Source: an uncultured Chloroflexia bacterium (GTDB lineage: Bacteria; Chloroflexota; Limnocylindria; QHBO01). From it: DNA of 64,000 bases. Each line of letters opens with the position of its first letter. Positions within the stretch are counted from its first letter, which is position 1. A program made the translations under genes and the position numbers. The notes beneath the pieces were generated by a model. That model saw only the letters and a program-made list of their open reading frames with translations. It was not told the origin of the DNA and made no database searches. This document shows, piece after piece, positions 10,927 through 20,738 of this stretch. The stretch is taken from assembly GCA_963839635.1 (NCBI GenBank), contig CAWIVT010000003.1, positions 3,187 to 67,186 of the forward strand. The letters run 5' to 3'.

Positions 10927-11592
10927 TCAGGTAGCTGACACGAACATCCAGGGAGGTCCACGGCCTGCGTAGGAACGCGCGAACGCAGTCGGAAGGTCTG
11001 CGACCAGGCGAATTGGCGGCCGCAAGGTGCGAAGCGGCGCGCGGCCCAGGATTCGCTGCAGCGCGTCCTCGATGACTGCCAGAAGCGCCCGCTCAGTGTG
11101 GCTCAATGCCGCTGCGCCGACCGCGAGCAACCCGGTGATGATCGTGATCACCGGCAGCGCGAGCGGGTATTCGGGACCGATCAGCGCGCCGAGGCCGGGC
11201 GCGTGCCCGTGGCTGAGCAGGTGCTCCACGTTCTCCTGGATGCCAAACCCGATCGCCGCCACTGCGAGCAGCCGAGCCCAGGCGGCAACCCAGCGCATGG
11301 CATACGGCCTCGTGCGCGCGACCCGGTTCGCCCCGAGCTGAGCCGCCCTGTGACGCAAGCTCCCCAGGCGGACCAGCGTGCCCGCGAGGATTGCGACGCC
11401 GCCGAGCGCCAGCACCAGGCTGGCAATGCCCCAGTAATCGTGGCCGGCCTCGCGCAGCGACCGCGCGAGGGCTTCGCCCGGACCGACCTGGACCAGGAAG
11501 ACCGCGTCATGGCTGAGCAGCAGAGCGACGCCGGCCAGGCCCCAGAAGGCGACCGGGCCGCGGATGCGCGACAGCTGGTGAGCAAACCCCAT
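10927..11592 (-). CDS. His-rich membrane protein ending in RGPP (candidate arrest-peptide leader)
   Basis: About 4 TMs with SHD, GHDYW and EHLLSHGH; hydrophilic tail ending AGRGPPWMFVSAT; first gene of the cop unit. Confidence 0.75.
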   Translation of the reverse strand: MGFAHQLSRIRGPVAFWGLAGVALLLSHDAVFLVQVGPGEALARSLREAGHDYWGIASLVLALGGVAILAGTLVRLGSLRHRAAQLGANRVARTRPYAMRWVAAWARLLAVAAIGFGIQENVEHLLSHGHAPGLGALIGPEYPLALPVITIITGLLAVGAAALSHTERALLAVIEDALQRILGRAPLRTLRPPIRLVADLPTAFARSYAGRGPPWMFVSAT

Positions 11593-11671
11593 GTCAGTTC
11601 ATACGGTACCCGACACGCGCCGCACGCCTCCGTGCCGCCCGAGCTGTAACCCAATCCGCATACTGGTTGAC

Positions 11672-12256
11672 GTGTCTCGATTGCTGCTGTCGTTGATCCT
11701 GCTCGTGGCCGGATGCACGGCCACCCCCCGGACGGAGGCGCCCGACTCGACGGTCGCGATCGTGGTGTCTCCCATGCCCGATGCGCGCTCACCTTCGGCC
11801 CAGCCGTCCGCATCCTCCCTTCCCGTCGAGCCGCTTCCCCCGCTCGAGGGGGTCCTGCCGACCCATCTCGGCGACGTCGAGCTGCACACGTTCAGGGTCG
11901 GTCCCGACATCATCGATCGGCTCTTTCAGCGGCTCGGAGTCGGCTACGACGGGGTTCAGCAGGCCTACGCGAGCGAGCACGGCGAGCGCTTCCTCCAGAT
12001 GTACGCGTTGCGATCTCCAGAGGTCTCCGGCCCGGAGATGCTGGAGGCCTGGGCCGCGGTCGCCTACGCCCCGGAAGTCGCGGAAGTGTCGGTGAGCGAA
12101 CGACCCGTGGCCGGAAGGACCGTCACGGTCATCGCGGCACCGAGCATGGCCAACCAGATCGGCACCTTCTACGCCTATACGTCGGGGAACATGCTGCTGG
12201 TCGTCCAGGCCTTTGACGAAGCGGTCGCCACGGAGGCTCTCCAAGCGCTCCCCTGA
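11672..12256 (+). CDS. Hypothetical lipoprotein
   Basis: GTG start, hydrophobic stretch with lipobox LVAGC, Pro/Ser linker, globular C-terminal domain. Confidence 0.7.
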   Translation: MSRLLLSLILLVAGCTATPRTEAPDSTVAIVVSPMPDARSPSAQPSASSLPVEPLPPLEGVLPTHLGDVELHTFRVGPDIIDRLFQRLGVGYDGVQQAYASEHGERFLQMYALRSPEVSGPEMLEAWAAVAYAPEVAEVSVSERPVAGRTVTVIAAPSMANQIGTFYAYTSGNMLLVVQAFDEAVATEALQALP

Positions 12257-12262
12257 GGTTGG

Positions 12263-13687
12263 TTACGCCGACTCGCCGTGGGCGTGTGCTTGCTCCTCGA
12301 GTCGCATCGAGAGGGTCGGGAGCGGACGCGGATCGGGAGTCGGCTCGTACTCGTCGCTGTGGCCGTTGACCGCGTAGGTCCACTGCGGCCCGTCACTGGC
12401 GATCGCGCGCAGCGCATCGGCCAGGGCGTCGATATCGGCCCTGGTGGACCCGAGCCCCAGGCTCATGCGCGCGGCGCCCGGCAGGCGCTCGTGGCCGCCG
12501 GTCCGAGTGGTGTCGATAAGGCGTTGTGCCTCGGCATCGTCGACGCGGAGCAGCCGCATCATGAGCGGGTGCGCGCAGAAGCAGCCGTGCCGGATGCCGA
12601 TCCCGTACTCGGCCGAGAGGACGGCCGCCAGCAGGTCGTACGGCACGCCGAGCAGGTTGAACGTGAGCAGGCCGACGCGCGGGTGGTCGGCCGGCCAGAC
12701 GCGGTAGTGCTCGAAGCCTTCCACGCCGGCCAGGCGTTCGCGTGCGTAGCCCAGGAGCTCCGCCTCCTCGGCCGCGATGCGGTCCATGCCGGCGGCCGCG
12801 AGCGCGTCGCAGGCAACGCCCATCGCCACGGCACCGATGACGTTCGGCGAACCCGCCTCCTGCCGGTCGGGGAGCTCGGCCCATACGGTCTCGTCGATCG
12901 TCACGATCTTCACGGCGCCGCCCCCGCGCAGGAACGGGTCGCCCGCGCCCAGCCAGTCGCGTTCGCCGATGAGCGCGCCGGCGCCGTACGGCGCGTACAG
13001 CTTGTGGGCAGACATGGCGAGGTAGTCGATTCCATCGCGCTGCATGTCGATCGGTGCGTGCGGCGCCAGCTGGGCGGCATCCACGAGCAGCCGCGCGCCA
13101 TTCTCATGCGCGACGCGGGCGATCTCGGCCAAGGGCCACATCTCGCCCGTCACGTTCGAGGCGCCGGTGGCGGCGACGAGATGCGGGTCCTCGCAGTGCG
13201 GCAGGTCGCGCAGGGAGGTGGCGAGCTGCTCGAGCATCTCGGCCGGCGTCTCTGGCACGGGCAGGTAGCGAACGCCGATCCGCTTCCACGGCAGCAGATT
13301 CGCGTGATGCTCGCCGGCGAAGGCCACGACGTGCGTCCCCTCGGGCAGCGTGCCGGCCAGCAGGTTGATCGAGTCGGTCGTGTTGCGCGTGATGATCACG
13401 GCATCGTCCGGCCGCCCGTTCACGAACGCGCGAATCGACTCGCGCGCCCCCTCGTAGGCGGCGGTCGACGTGCGTGACTTGAATCCGGCGCCGCGGTGGA
13501 CCGAGGAGTACCAGCTGAGCAGCTCCTCGACGGCATCGTGCACGGCCTGCAGCGCGGGCGCCGAAGCCGCGTAGTCGAGGTTGACGTACCGTCGGGTGCC
13601 GCCCGTCACGAGCGGGACCTCCGTATCGGCGCCGACGAGGCGCAGGAGGTCGCTGCCGTGGACCGATGACTCTCGGGTTGCCGTCAT
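12263..13687 (-). CDS. Class V aminotransferase / cysteine desulfurase-like PLP enzyme
   Basis: YVNLDYAASAP, SSVHRGAG, VDAAQLAPH, PLP lysine SAHKLYAPYG, IRHGCFCAHP. Confidence 0.9.
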   Translation of the reverse strand: MTATRESSVHGSDLLRLVGADTEVPLVTGGTRRYVNLDYAASAPALQAVHDAVEELLSWYSSVHRGAGFKSRTSTAAYEGARESIRAFVNGRPDDAVIITRNTTDSINLLAGTLPEGTHVVAFAGEHHANLLPWKRIGVRYLPVPETPAEMLEQLATSLRDLPHCEDPHLVAATGASNVTGEMWPLAEIARVAHENGARLLVDAAQLAPHAPIDMQRDGIDYLAMSAHKLYAPYGAGALIGERDWLGAGDPFLRGGGAVKIVTIDETVWAELPDRQEAGSPNVIGAVAMGVACDALAAAGMDRIAAEEAELLGYARERLAGVEGFEHYRVWPADHPRVGLLTFNLLGVPYDLLAAVLSAEYGIGIRHGCFCAHPLMMRLLRVDDAEAQRLIDTTRTGGHERLPGAARMSLGLGSTRADIDALADALRAIASDGPQWTYAVNGHSDEYEPTPDPRPLPTLSMRLEEQAHAHGESA

Positions 13688-13709
13688 CCGTCCCATCCTA
13701 CGCCGCGGA

Positions 13710-14452
13710 TCAGGGGAGGAACACGAGCTTTGCGGCTGCAAGAACCAGGACGAATGCCAGCGCGCGCCGCAGGTTGAGAATGCTGAAGCGTGCGGCTCCC
13801 AGCCATGAGCCGACCAGGCCACCGGCGGCAACCGCTGCCACCCAGAGCGGAATCGCCGGCGGCAGGTCCGACTCCGCCGGTCAGGAGACCGGCGAGGCCG
13901 GCGACCGAGTTGACGAGGATGAAGGCGCCTGACAGTCCGGCCGCGTCGCGGGTGCCGGTCCAGGCCGCAAGCACGAGGAGCGGTGTCAGGAAGATGCCAC
14001 CACCGGTCCCGGTCAGGCCCGCCAACAGCCCGATGGCGGCACCGACGGCAAGTCCGGCAAGCAGCGGAACTCCCGAGCGTTCGTCCGTCATCCGGCTCCG
14101 TCCGCGCCGTGGCCAGGCGCCAAGCACCGGCAAGCAGCACCACGGCCACCAGTGGACGGTAGACCTCTCCCGGCAGATCGATGCTTCCTCCAACGAACGC
14201 CATCGGCACGGAGCCCGCCGCGAGCGGGACGAGATTGCGCCATGGCACATGGCCGGCACGCGCGAACCGAACGATGACGATCGTCGAAACGAACAGGTTG
14301 AGCACGAGCGCGGTGGGACGCATGGTCGCCGGTGCGACACCCATGAGCGCCATGGCCGCCAGGTACGCCGAAGCGCCGGCGTGGCCGACGCTGGAGTAGA
14401 GGAGCGCGGCAGCGAAGAAGAGCCCCGCCAGGATGAGCGTCTCAACCGTCAT
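13710..14452 (-). CDS. TSUP (TauE/SafE) sulfur-compound transporter (two frameshifts)
   Basis: LYSSVGHAGASAYLAAMAL, GLLAGLTGTGGGIFLTP, FILVNSVAGL; C-terminus recovered in a third frame as LRRALAFVLVLAAAKLVFLP. Confidence 0.85.
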
Positions 14453-14476
14453 CGGCGCATTGTGCCGATCGCGTGC

Positions 14477-15028
14477 CTAGCCGGGAACGGCGGCCGGATC
14501 GTCACGTCGCAGGAGAATCCCCAGGTACGCCTTCCATGGACCCACCTCGGCATCGTGCGACCCTGCCATGCCGGCGTAGATCTGCGCGACGTGGTCGAGG
14601 TCATGGACGGCCCAGGTGGCGAGCAGCTCGCGCAGCGTGACCTGTCCCAGCGATGGGTGCATTCCGGGCCGATCCAGGTCGTCGTCGCTCACCAGCGCCG
14701 CAAGGCGGGCCAGGTTCAGCGCGCGCAGGTGCGCGAAGTGCTCCACGAGCTCGTCGAGGGTCGCATCGGCGTCGCGGGCGCCATGGGCGAACCGGTCGAA
14801 CTTGTCGAAGGGCATGCTCGTGCCGTGCTCGAGGATCCGCTCCGTTCGGTCGATCCAGTCGGTCAGCTCACCGGTGATCAGGTGGCCGACGACATCGCGC
14901 GGGCGCCAGCCGTCCTCGGGGACGTCGGTCGTATCGGTCCAGGAGTCGGGCAGCCCGACCAGCAGCGAGCGGAGTACCTCCGGCGTGCGCCGCAGGAGGT
15001 CGGTCGTCTCATCGATGAACGTTGCCAT
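14477..15028 (-). CDS. DinB-family protein
   Basis: WRPRDVVGHL..E..DW and WAVHDLDHVAQI metal-binding His pattern. Confidence 0.88.
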   Translation of the reverse strand: MATFIDETTDLLRRTPEVLRSLLVGLPDSWTDTTDVPEDGWRPRDVVGHLITGELTDWIDRTERILEHGTSMPFDKFDRFAHGARDADATLDELVEHFAHLRALNLARLAALVSDDDLDRPGMHPSLGQVTLRELLATWAVHDLDHVAQIYAGMAGSHDAEVGPWKAYLGILLRRDDPAAVPG

Positions 15029-15039
15029 CGCCGCCCATC

Positions 15040-15626
15040 CTACGCCGTGCGGCGAGCGACGACCGCTGTGGCGACGAGCGCGAGACCGGCAGCCTGGGGC
15101 GGGTTGGTCGGTGGACCGGCGGCGGCATGGCCGTGTTCGAGATCCGTGGGTCGGCCGAGAGGGCCACGAGCTCGTTGAATCGCTGCACAGACGTGATCTT
15201 CTCGTTCGGCGCGCACTGCCAGGTCGAGATCGGCCGGTCGCTGCCTTCGAACGTGACCTTCGAATATGCGGCGATCAGGAACTGGCTCCCGACCGAGAAG
15301 CCGATCCAGCCACCGGACCCGAGCGATGGGTTGAACACCTCGGTCGTCGCCACTGGCAGGTCCCCGCGAAGGACGGCGTCGATGCGGACGGTGAGCCATT
15401 CGCCCCATGTGTTGGCATCCCCGCGGTCGGCACGGATGGAGAGGACCGTGGCGATGAACACGTGCTCCATCGGCGCTGCCTGCGGCCAGCCGGAGGTGAT
15501 GGCAATCTCCTCATCGCCAGGCAAGGTGCCGCAGCTCAGCGCCGCGGTGCGTCCCGGTGCGAGCGCGGCGGCCGTTGCGAGGATCCCGAAGATCGCCATG
15601 GCTATCGGCCTCGCGCGGACGGTCAT
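15040..15626 (-). CDS. Secreted/surface hypothetical protein with two Cys and a C-terminal anchor (frameshift near 15115)
   Basis: Signal peptide, ALSC at the mature N-terminus, VFIATV, WQCAPN; the alternate frame supplies TM plus RR (AAGLALVATAVVARRTA). Confidence 0.6.
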
Positions 15627-15628
15627 GG

Positions 15629-16018
15629 TCAGATCCTACGCCCGTCGGTCAGCGTGGACAGCCATGAACCAATGCAGGCCGCCAGCGGCTGGAGGCCGAG
15701 CGCGCTGACTGCGACGAAGACGGTCGGCGCGTGGACGATCTCCAGCTCGCCGACGACGAGGGGCGCCAGCAGGACGGCGCCGATGAAGTCGCCCGCGAGG
15801 ACGGCAATGAGAACGCGGAGAGGGCTCGACGCCCGCCCGCCGCCCAGCCAAGCGGCGCTCAGCGCCAGCCCGGCCGAGAACGTGAGCGCCAGCGGCACCT
15901 CGAGCAGGGTCAGCGGGCCGATGCCGACCGAGCGCTGGAGCCCCACATTGCCGGCGCCGAGGAGGAGGCCGATCCATGAGGAGATGCAGACGAGGGCGGC
16001 CGTCGCTGTGGTGCGCAT
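15629..16018 (-). CDS. Hypothetical 4-TM membrane protein
   Basis: Four hydrophobic segments; fills the gap between same-strand genes. Confidence 0.65.
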   Translation of the reverse strand: MRTTATAALVCISSWIGLLLGAGNVGLQRSVGIGPLTLLEVPLALTFSAGLALSAAWLGGGRASSPLRVLIAVLAGDFIGAVLLAPLVVGELEIVHAPTVFVAVSALGLQPLAACIGSWLSTLTDGRRI

Positions 16019-16072
16019 GGCGTGAGACGCCCAGATCTGCCTTTGCGTTGCGCCGCGGCTCCCCTCAGGGAG

Positions 16073-17416
16073 TCAGGTCGCGGTCGGCGTTGATGAAGGC
16101 TGTCCCCAGCACCCGGGCCACGGTCGGGAAGGCGTGGATCGTGTCGGCCAGCGTCGCGAGCGGGATGCCGGCACGGATGGCCAGCACGCACTCGTGGATC
16201 GCCTCGGATACCGCCGGGCCGGCCAGGAATGCCCCGACGAGCACGCGCTCGTCCCGGTCGACGACGATGGTGCAGTGGCCCTGGCTCTCAGTCGTGTAGC
16301 CCTTGGCGGAGGTGCCGATGTCGACGGTGTACTCGGCGGCGTCGATGCCACGCTCCCGGGCCTGGTCGAGCAGGAGGCCGACCGACGCGGTCTCGGGATC
16401 GGTGTAGGTCGCGCGCGGGATGGCATCGAGGAAGGGCCGATATCGTCGTCTCCCAGCGCGATGCGCGCGGCGGCCTCCCCGGTGTAGTGGCCGAGATGGG
16501 TGTGCATCTCGGGTCCGGCGACGTCGCCGGCCACGTACACGTTCTCCGCGATTCGAAGGCGTTCGTCCGGCGAGAGGCGGCCGTCCTGCAGGTCGACGCC
16601 GATGGGTCTCGAGCCCCAGCCCGTCGAGCGGAAGATCGCGTCCGACGGCGAGCAGGATCTCGTGGAGCCTCGACGGGGTCGTCGTCGCCGAGCTCGATCA
16701 CGTGAGATCCGTCGGCACCATCGCCGGCTCGCACGCGCGTAGCCCGCGCGCCGAGGCGCAGCACCACGCCTTCGTTCTCGAGCGCCTTCCCGAGCAGCTC
16801 CGACGAGCGCGGGTGCTCCTTGTCGTGGACCCGGTTTCGAGGGTGGATGAGCGTGACCGGCACGTCGTAGCGGGCGTAGACCTGCGCGAGCTCGACCCCG
16901 GTGGGGCCGCCGCCCAGGATGGCGAGCGATCGGGGCAGCCGGCGCGTGGACGTTCCCTCGACGTTCGTCCACGGACGCGCCTCGGCGAGTCCCGGCAGAT
17001 CCGGCACCCTGCTGACCGAGCCGATGGCCACGACCACGGCACCGGCCTCGAGCTGCACGGTCGCCGACCCTGACCCGCCCCGCTCCGGCCAGGCTGGCCG
17101 AGCCGCGGATGACCGTGGCGCCCGCCTCCTCCAGCGACTTGACGTGGCCGGAGTCATCGGGCTCGTCGCGCTTCTCCCGACTGATCATGTAGTCGCGGAA
17201 GTCGCTCGCCTTCGTCCACGGGTAGTCCCCGCCGGCGTGGTGCACCGCCGCGGCGTGGAGAAGCGCCTTGGACGGCATGCACGCCCAGAACGGGCACGAT
17301 CCGCCGAAGAGCGCGCGGTCGACGATCGCGACCGACGCTCCCTTGCTGCGCGCGTAGTGAGCGGCGGCCTCGCCGGCGGTGCCGGCGCCGATGACGACGA
17401 GGTCGAATCGGTCCAT
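16073..17416 (-). CDS. Pyridine nucleotide-disulfide oxidoreductase, LpdA/MerA-like (several frameshifts)
   Basis: DLVVIGAGTAG, redox disulfide GGSCPFWACMPSK, LAILGGGPTGVE, VYVAGDV, C-terminal TIHAFPT. Confidence 0.88.
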   Translation of the reverse strand: MDRFDLVVIGAGTAGEAAAHYARSKGASVAIVDRALFGGSCPFWACMPSKALLHAAAVHHAGGDYPWTKASDFRDYMISREKRDEPDDSGHVKSLEEAGATVIRGSASLAGAGRVRVGDRAARGRCRGRGHRLGQQGAGSAGTRRGASVDERRGNVHAPAAPIARHPGRRPHRGRARAGLRPLRRAGHAHPPSKPGPRQGAPALVGAAREGARERRRGAAPRRAGYARASRRWCRRISRDRARRRRPRRGSTRSCSPSDAIFRSTGWGSRPIGVDLQDGRLSPDERLRIAENVYVAGDVAGPEMHTHLGHYTGEAAARIALGDDDIGPSSMPSRARPTPIPRPRRSASCSTRPGSVASTPPSTPSTSAPPPRATRLRARATAPSSSTGTSACSSGHSWPARRYPRRSTSACWPSVPASRSRRWPTRSTPSRPWPGCWGQPSSTPTAT

Positions 17417-17496
17417 CCGCAGATCATAGGCGGGCGGCTGGCACGCGGCCTGCGTCAGCTCCCGATGACAATCACATTGCATCGGGGAGACACCAG

Positions 17497-17736
17497 ATGA
17501 CGGTTCAGACCAGCCACCACTATCGGTCGTCGGGCGGGATCCAGTCGCCGATCGAGGACCAGGTGTACGACCTGCTCCAGGCGCTCACGAGCAAGTGCGA
17601 GGCGATCGAGGCCTACGCGAAGTACGAGGACGACGCCGACGGGGAGGCCAAGCAGCTCTTTCAGGATCTCGCGCGGCAGGACACGGAGCATGCCCAGCGC
17701 CTGCTCGACGCGCTGAGGAACCGCCTCAACCGCTGA
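17497..17736 (+). CDS. Small ferritin-like two-helix protein
   Basis: YDLLQAL..CEAIEAY.KY..DA..LFQDL..QDTEHA; GGGGAG SD. Confidence 0.7.
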   Translation: MTVQTSHHYRSSGGIQSPIEDQVYDLLQALTSKCEAIEAYAKYEDDADGEAKQLFQDLARQDTEHAQRLLDALRNRLNR

Positions 17737-18888
17737 GGCTGATCTCCTTGCCCGCGATCCAGACCCGGGACGGCCTGACCGATCCGAGGCGGAGCGCGAA
17801 GGCACCTTCGTGCTCGGCGTCCCATGCGACCAGATCGGCTGCCGCACCGGGTCTGAGCGTCCCCAGGTCATCGCGTCGCAGGGCAGCGGCCCCGCCCGAC
17901 GTGGCCGCGGTCAGCGCCTCGGTCACGGTCATTCCGAGCAGTGTGGCCCCCAGGCCGATCACGAGCGGCATGGCGCCGAAGGCGCCGAAGGTGCCCGCGT
18001 TCGCGTCGCTGGCCAACGCGACGACAGCCCGCGCGTCGAGGAGTGCTCGGGCCGGCGGCAGCCGGTCGCGCAGCACGACCGCGGGGGCGGGAAGGAGCGT
18101 CGCGACGGTCCGAGAATCCGCCAGCGCCCGCACGCCGGCGTCGTCGAGCTGCTCGAGGTGGTCGACCGAGGCCGCCCCGAGACGGGCTCCGAGCTCGGCG
18201 GCCCCTGTCAGCGCCAGCTGATCGGCGTGCAGCTTCAGCCCGAGTCCGGCGGCGGTCGCGGCATGATTGATCCGCTCGACTGCCTGCAGGTCGAAGAAAC
18301 CGGCATCGACGAAGACGTCGACGAACTCGGCGAGCGCCTCGTCGGCAACCGCGGGCAGCATCTCGTCCGCGACGTGCACGGCGAAGTCGCGCATCGACGT
18401 GCCCGGCGGGACGGCATGGGCGCCAAGGAGCGTGCGGACGACCCGGATCGACAGTCGATCCGCGACGCGACCGATGATGCGCAGGTGCCGCAGCTCCTCG
18501 CGAAATCGACCGGCCGTAGCCGGACTTGCACTCGACGGTCGTGGTGCCCGCCGCCAAGGCACGCACGCAGCCGTCCCTCGACCAGACGCTCCAGCGTGGC
18601 GTCGTCGGCATCGCGCGTCTCGCGCACGGTGCGCAGGATGCCGCCCTCGGCGTATGGCGCGCCCTGCAGGCGAGCGGCGGCCTCGTCGGACCGATCGCCC
18701 GCGAAGACGGGGTGCGTGTGGCTGTCGACCAGCCCGGGCGTGACGAGGGCGGCCCCAAGGTCGATGCGGTCGTCGTCATCCGGCGCGGCGCCGGGATCGC
18801 CGACCCACGACACGCGCCCGTCCCGCACCTGTATGGCCCATGGGGAGAGTCCCGCGGGCGCCAGGCGGCCGGAGCCCGTCAGGAGCAT
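17726..18888 (-). CDS. hutI: Imidazolonepropionase (frameshifts about 18510-18570)
   Basis: PGLVDSHTHPVFAGDR, GGILRTVRETR, GTTTVECKSGYG, LGAHA, LHADQL, SVDHLE, ASDANAG. Confidence 0.88.
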
Positions 18889-18892
18889 GGGT

Positions 18893-19039
18893 CTAGAGGA
18901 CGCGGCGGCCGGTGACGAGTCGATAGATCACGATCACGAGCGCAACGATGATCAGGATGTGGATGAAGCCGCCGAAGGCTCGGAGCAGAAAGCCCAGGAA
19001 CCAGAGCAGGACGAGAACGCCGACGATCACCCACAGCAT
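18893..19039 (-). CDS. Small lmo0937/DUF5670-like membrane protein (48 aa, absent from ORF track)
   Basis: Translated by hand: MLWVIVGVLVLLWFLGFLLRAFGGFIHILIIVALVIVIYRLVTGRRVL. Confidence 0.85.
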   Translation of the reverse strand: MLWVIVGVLVLLWFLGFLLRAFGGFIHILIIVALVIVIYRLVTGRRVL

Positions 19040-19088
19040 GGCCGGAGCGTAGCACCGTCACGCGCGCCGCGGCCCTACACTCGCGGCC

Positions 19089-20738
19089 ATGCCGTCGAAG
19101 CCTGCGATCCTGGCGGTCGACGACGACGCCCCGGTCCTCCGGGCTGTCGAGCGTGACCTCCGCGCCCGCTACGCGGACGAGTACCGGATCATCGGGGCCG
19201 GCTCCGGAGCCGAGGGCCTGGAGACCGTCCGCGAGCTGACGCGCCGCGGCGATCCCGTGGCGCTCTTCGTGGTCGACCAGCGCATGCCGGCCATGACCGG
19301 CATCCAGATGCTGCGGGACGCCCTGCCGCTGCAGCCGACCGCGAAGCGGATCCTCCTCACGGCGTACGCCGACACCGAGGCCGCCATTCAGGCGATCAAC
19401 GAGATCGGGATCGATCAATACCTGCTGAAGCCGTGGGACCCGCCGGAGGAGAAGCTCTACCCGGTCGTCGACGACCTGCTGGCAGACTGGATTGCAGGCT
19501 TCCGGCCTGCGTTCGAGGGCCTCCGACTCCTGAGCAGCCGATGGGCGCCGAGCGGCCACGACATTCGCGACTTCCTCACCCGCAACCAGGTGCCCTACGT
19601 GTGGCTCGACCCCGAGGCTGACGCAGAGGGACGACGCATCGCGGAATCGCTGGATGGGTCAGGTCTGGCCACCGACTCCGTCGTCCTGCTCCCCGACGGG
19701 GGCGTCCTCCGAAATCCGACCCACCGCGAGCTGGCGGAGGCGATCGGCCTCTCCACGCGACCGGCCCTGCCGTTCTACGACCTCGTCATCATCGGGGCGG
19801 GTCCGGCGGGCCTTGCCTCGGCAGTCTACGGGGCCAGCGAGGGCCTGAAGACGCTCATGGTCGAGCGCGAGGCACCCGGCGGACAGGCGGGCACGACCAG
19901 CCGCATCGAGAACTACCTGGGCTTCCCGTCGGGGCTGACCGGGAGCGACCTGGCGCGGCGCGCGTTGACCCAGGCCCGCCGCCTCGGAGCCGAGATCCTC
20001 TCGTCCCAGGAGGTCGAGACGATCCGACGCGACGGCCCATACCGGACCGTCGTGCTCGACGACGGCGCCGAGCTGTCATGCCAGGTCGTCGTCGTCGCCT
20101 CGGGCGTCACATACCGCCAGCTCGACGTGACCGGCGCCGCCGAGCTCGCCGGCCGAGGCGTGTATTACGGGGCGGCAACGACGGAGGCGATCCTCTACCG
20201 CGACGCCGTGGTCGGCGTCATCGGGGGAGGCAACTCCGCCGGCCAGGCGGCCGTCCACCTCGCCCGCTACGCCAAACAGGTCCACCTTCTCGTTCGGGGC
20301 GAGGGCCTCGACGAGACCATGAGCGCGTACCTGATCGATCAGATCGGAAGCCTCGAGAACGTCGAGGTCCACACGATGTGCAAGGCAAAGGGCCTCGACG
20401 GGGCCGACCACCTCGAGCGCGCCACGTTCGTCACTCCGGCGGGCGACGTCGAGCTCGAGCTCGCAGCCGTCTTCGTGTTCATCGGCCAGCAGCCACGTAC
20501 CGCCTGGCTCGATGGGGTCGTGGCGCGCGACGCGGCCGGCTTCATCCTGACCGGACCGGACGTCGGCCCGCAGGTCGGCTGGAATCTCGACCGGGATCCG
20601 TTCCTGCTCGAGTCGAGCATGCCGGGTGTCTTTGCCGCCGGCGACGTGCGGCATCGGTCCGTCAAGCGAATCGCCAGCGCCGTCGGTGAGGGCGCGATGG
20701 CCGTCCAGTTCGCCCATCAATACCTGGCCGATCAATGA
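19089..20738 (+). CDS. Receiver domain fused to thioredoxin reductase-like FAD oxidoreductase
   Basis: AVDDD..VDQRMP..LTAY..KPW receiver; IIGAGPAG, IENYLGFPSG, GVYYGAA (no CxxC), GGGNSAGQ, FAAGDVR. Confidence 0.92.
   Translation: MPSKPAILAVDDDAPVLRAVERDLRARYADEYRIIGAGSGAEGLETVRELTRRGDPVALFVVDQRMPAMTGIQMLRDALPLQPTAKRILLTAYADTEAAIQAINEIGIDQYLLKPWDPPEEKLYPVVDDLLADWIAGFRPAFEGLRLLSSRWAPSGHDIRDFLTRNQVPYVWLDPEADAEGRRIAESLDGSGLATDSVVLLPDGGVLRNPTHRELAEAIGLSTRPALPFYDLVIIGAGPAGLASAVYGASEGLKTLMVEREAPGGQAGTTSRIENYLGFPSGLTGSDLARRALTQARRLGAEILSSQEVETIRRDGPYRTVVLDDGAELSCQVVVVASGVTYRQLDVTGAAELAGRGVYYGAATTEAILYRDAVVGVIGGGNSAGQAAVHLARYAKQVHLLVRGEGLDETMSAYLIDQIGSLENVEVHTMCKAKGLDGADHLERATFVTPAGDVELELAAVFVFIGQQPRTAWLDGVVARDAAGFILTGPDVGPQVGWNLDRDPFLLESSMPGVFAAGDVRHRSVKRIASAVGEGAMAVQFAHQYLADQ

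Noticed and set aside
11593-11671. Possible CsoR operator upstream of the cop unit
   Set aside because: Only a short GGTACC palindrome; no convincing TACC..GGTA box with G/C tracts.
12263-14452. 729-aa TSUP-desulfurase fusion in the ORF track
   Set aside because: The linker is out-of-frame TSUP sequence; TSUP has its own stop at 13710 and the desulfurase its own -10 and ATG at 13687.
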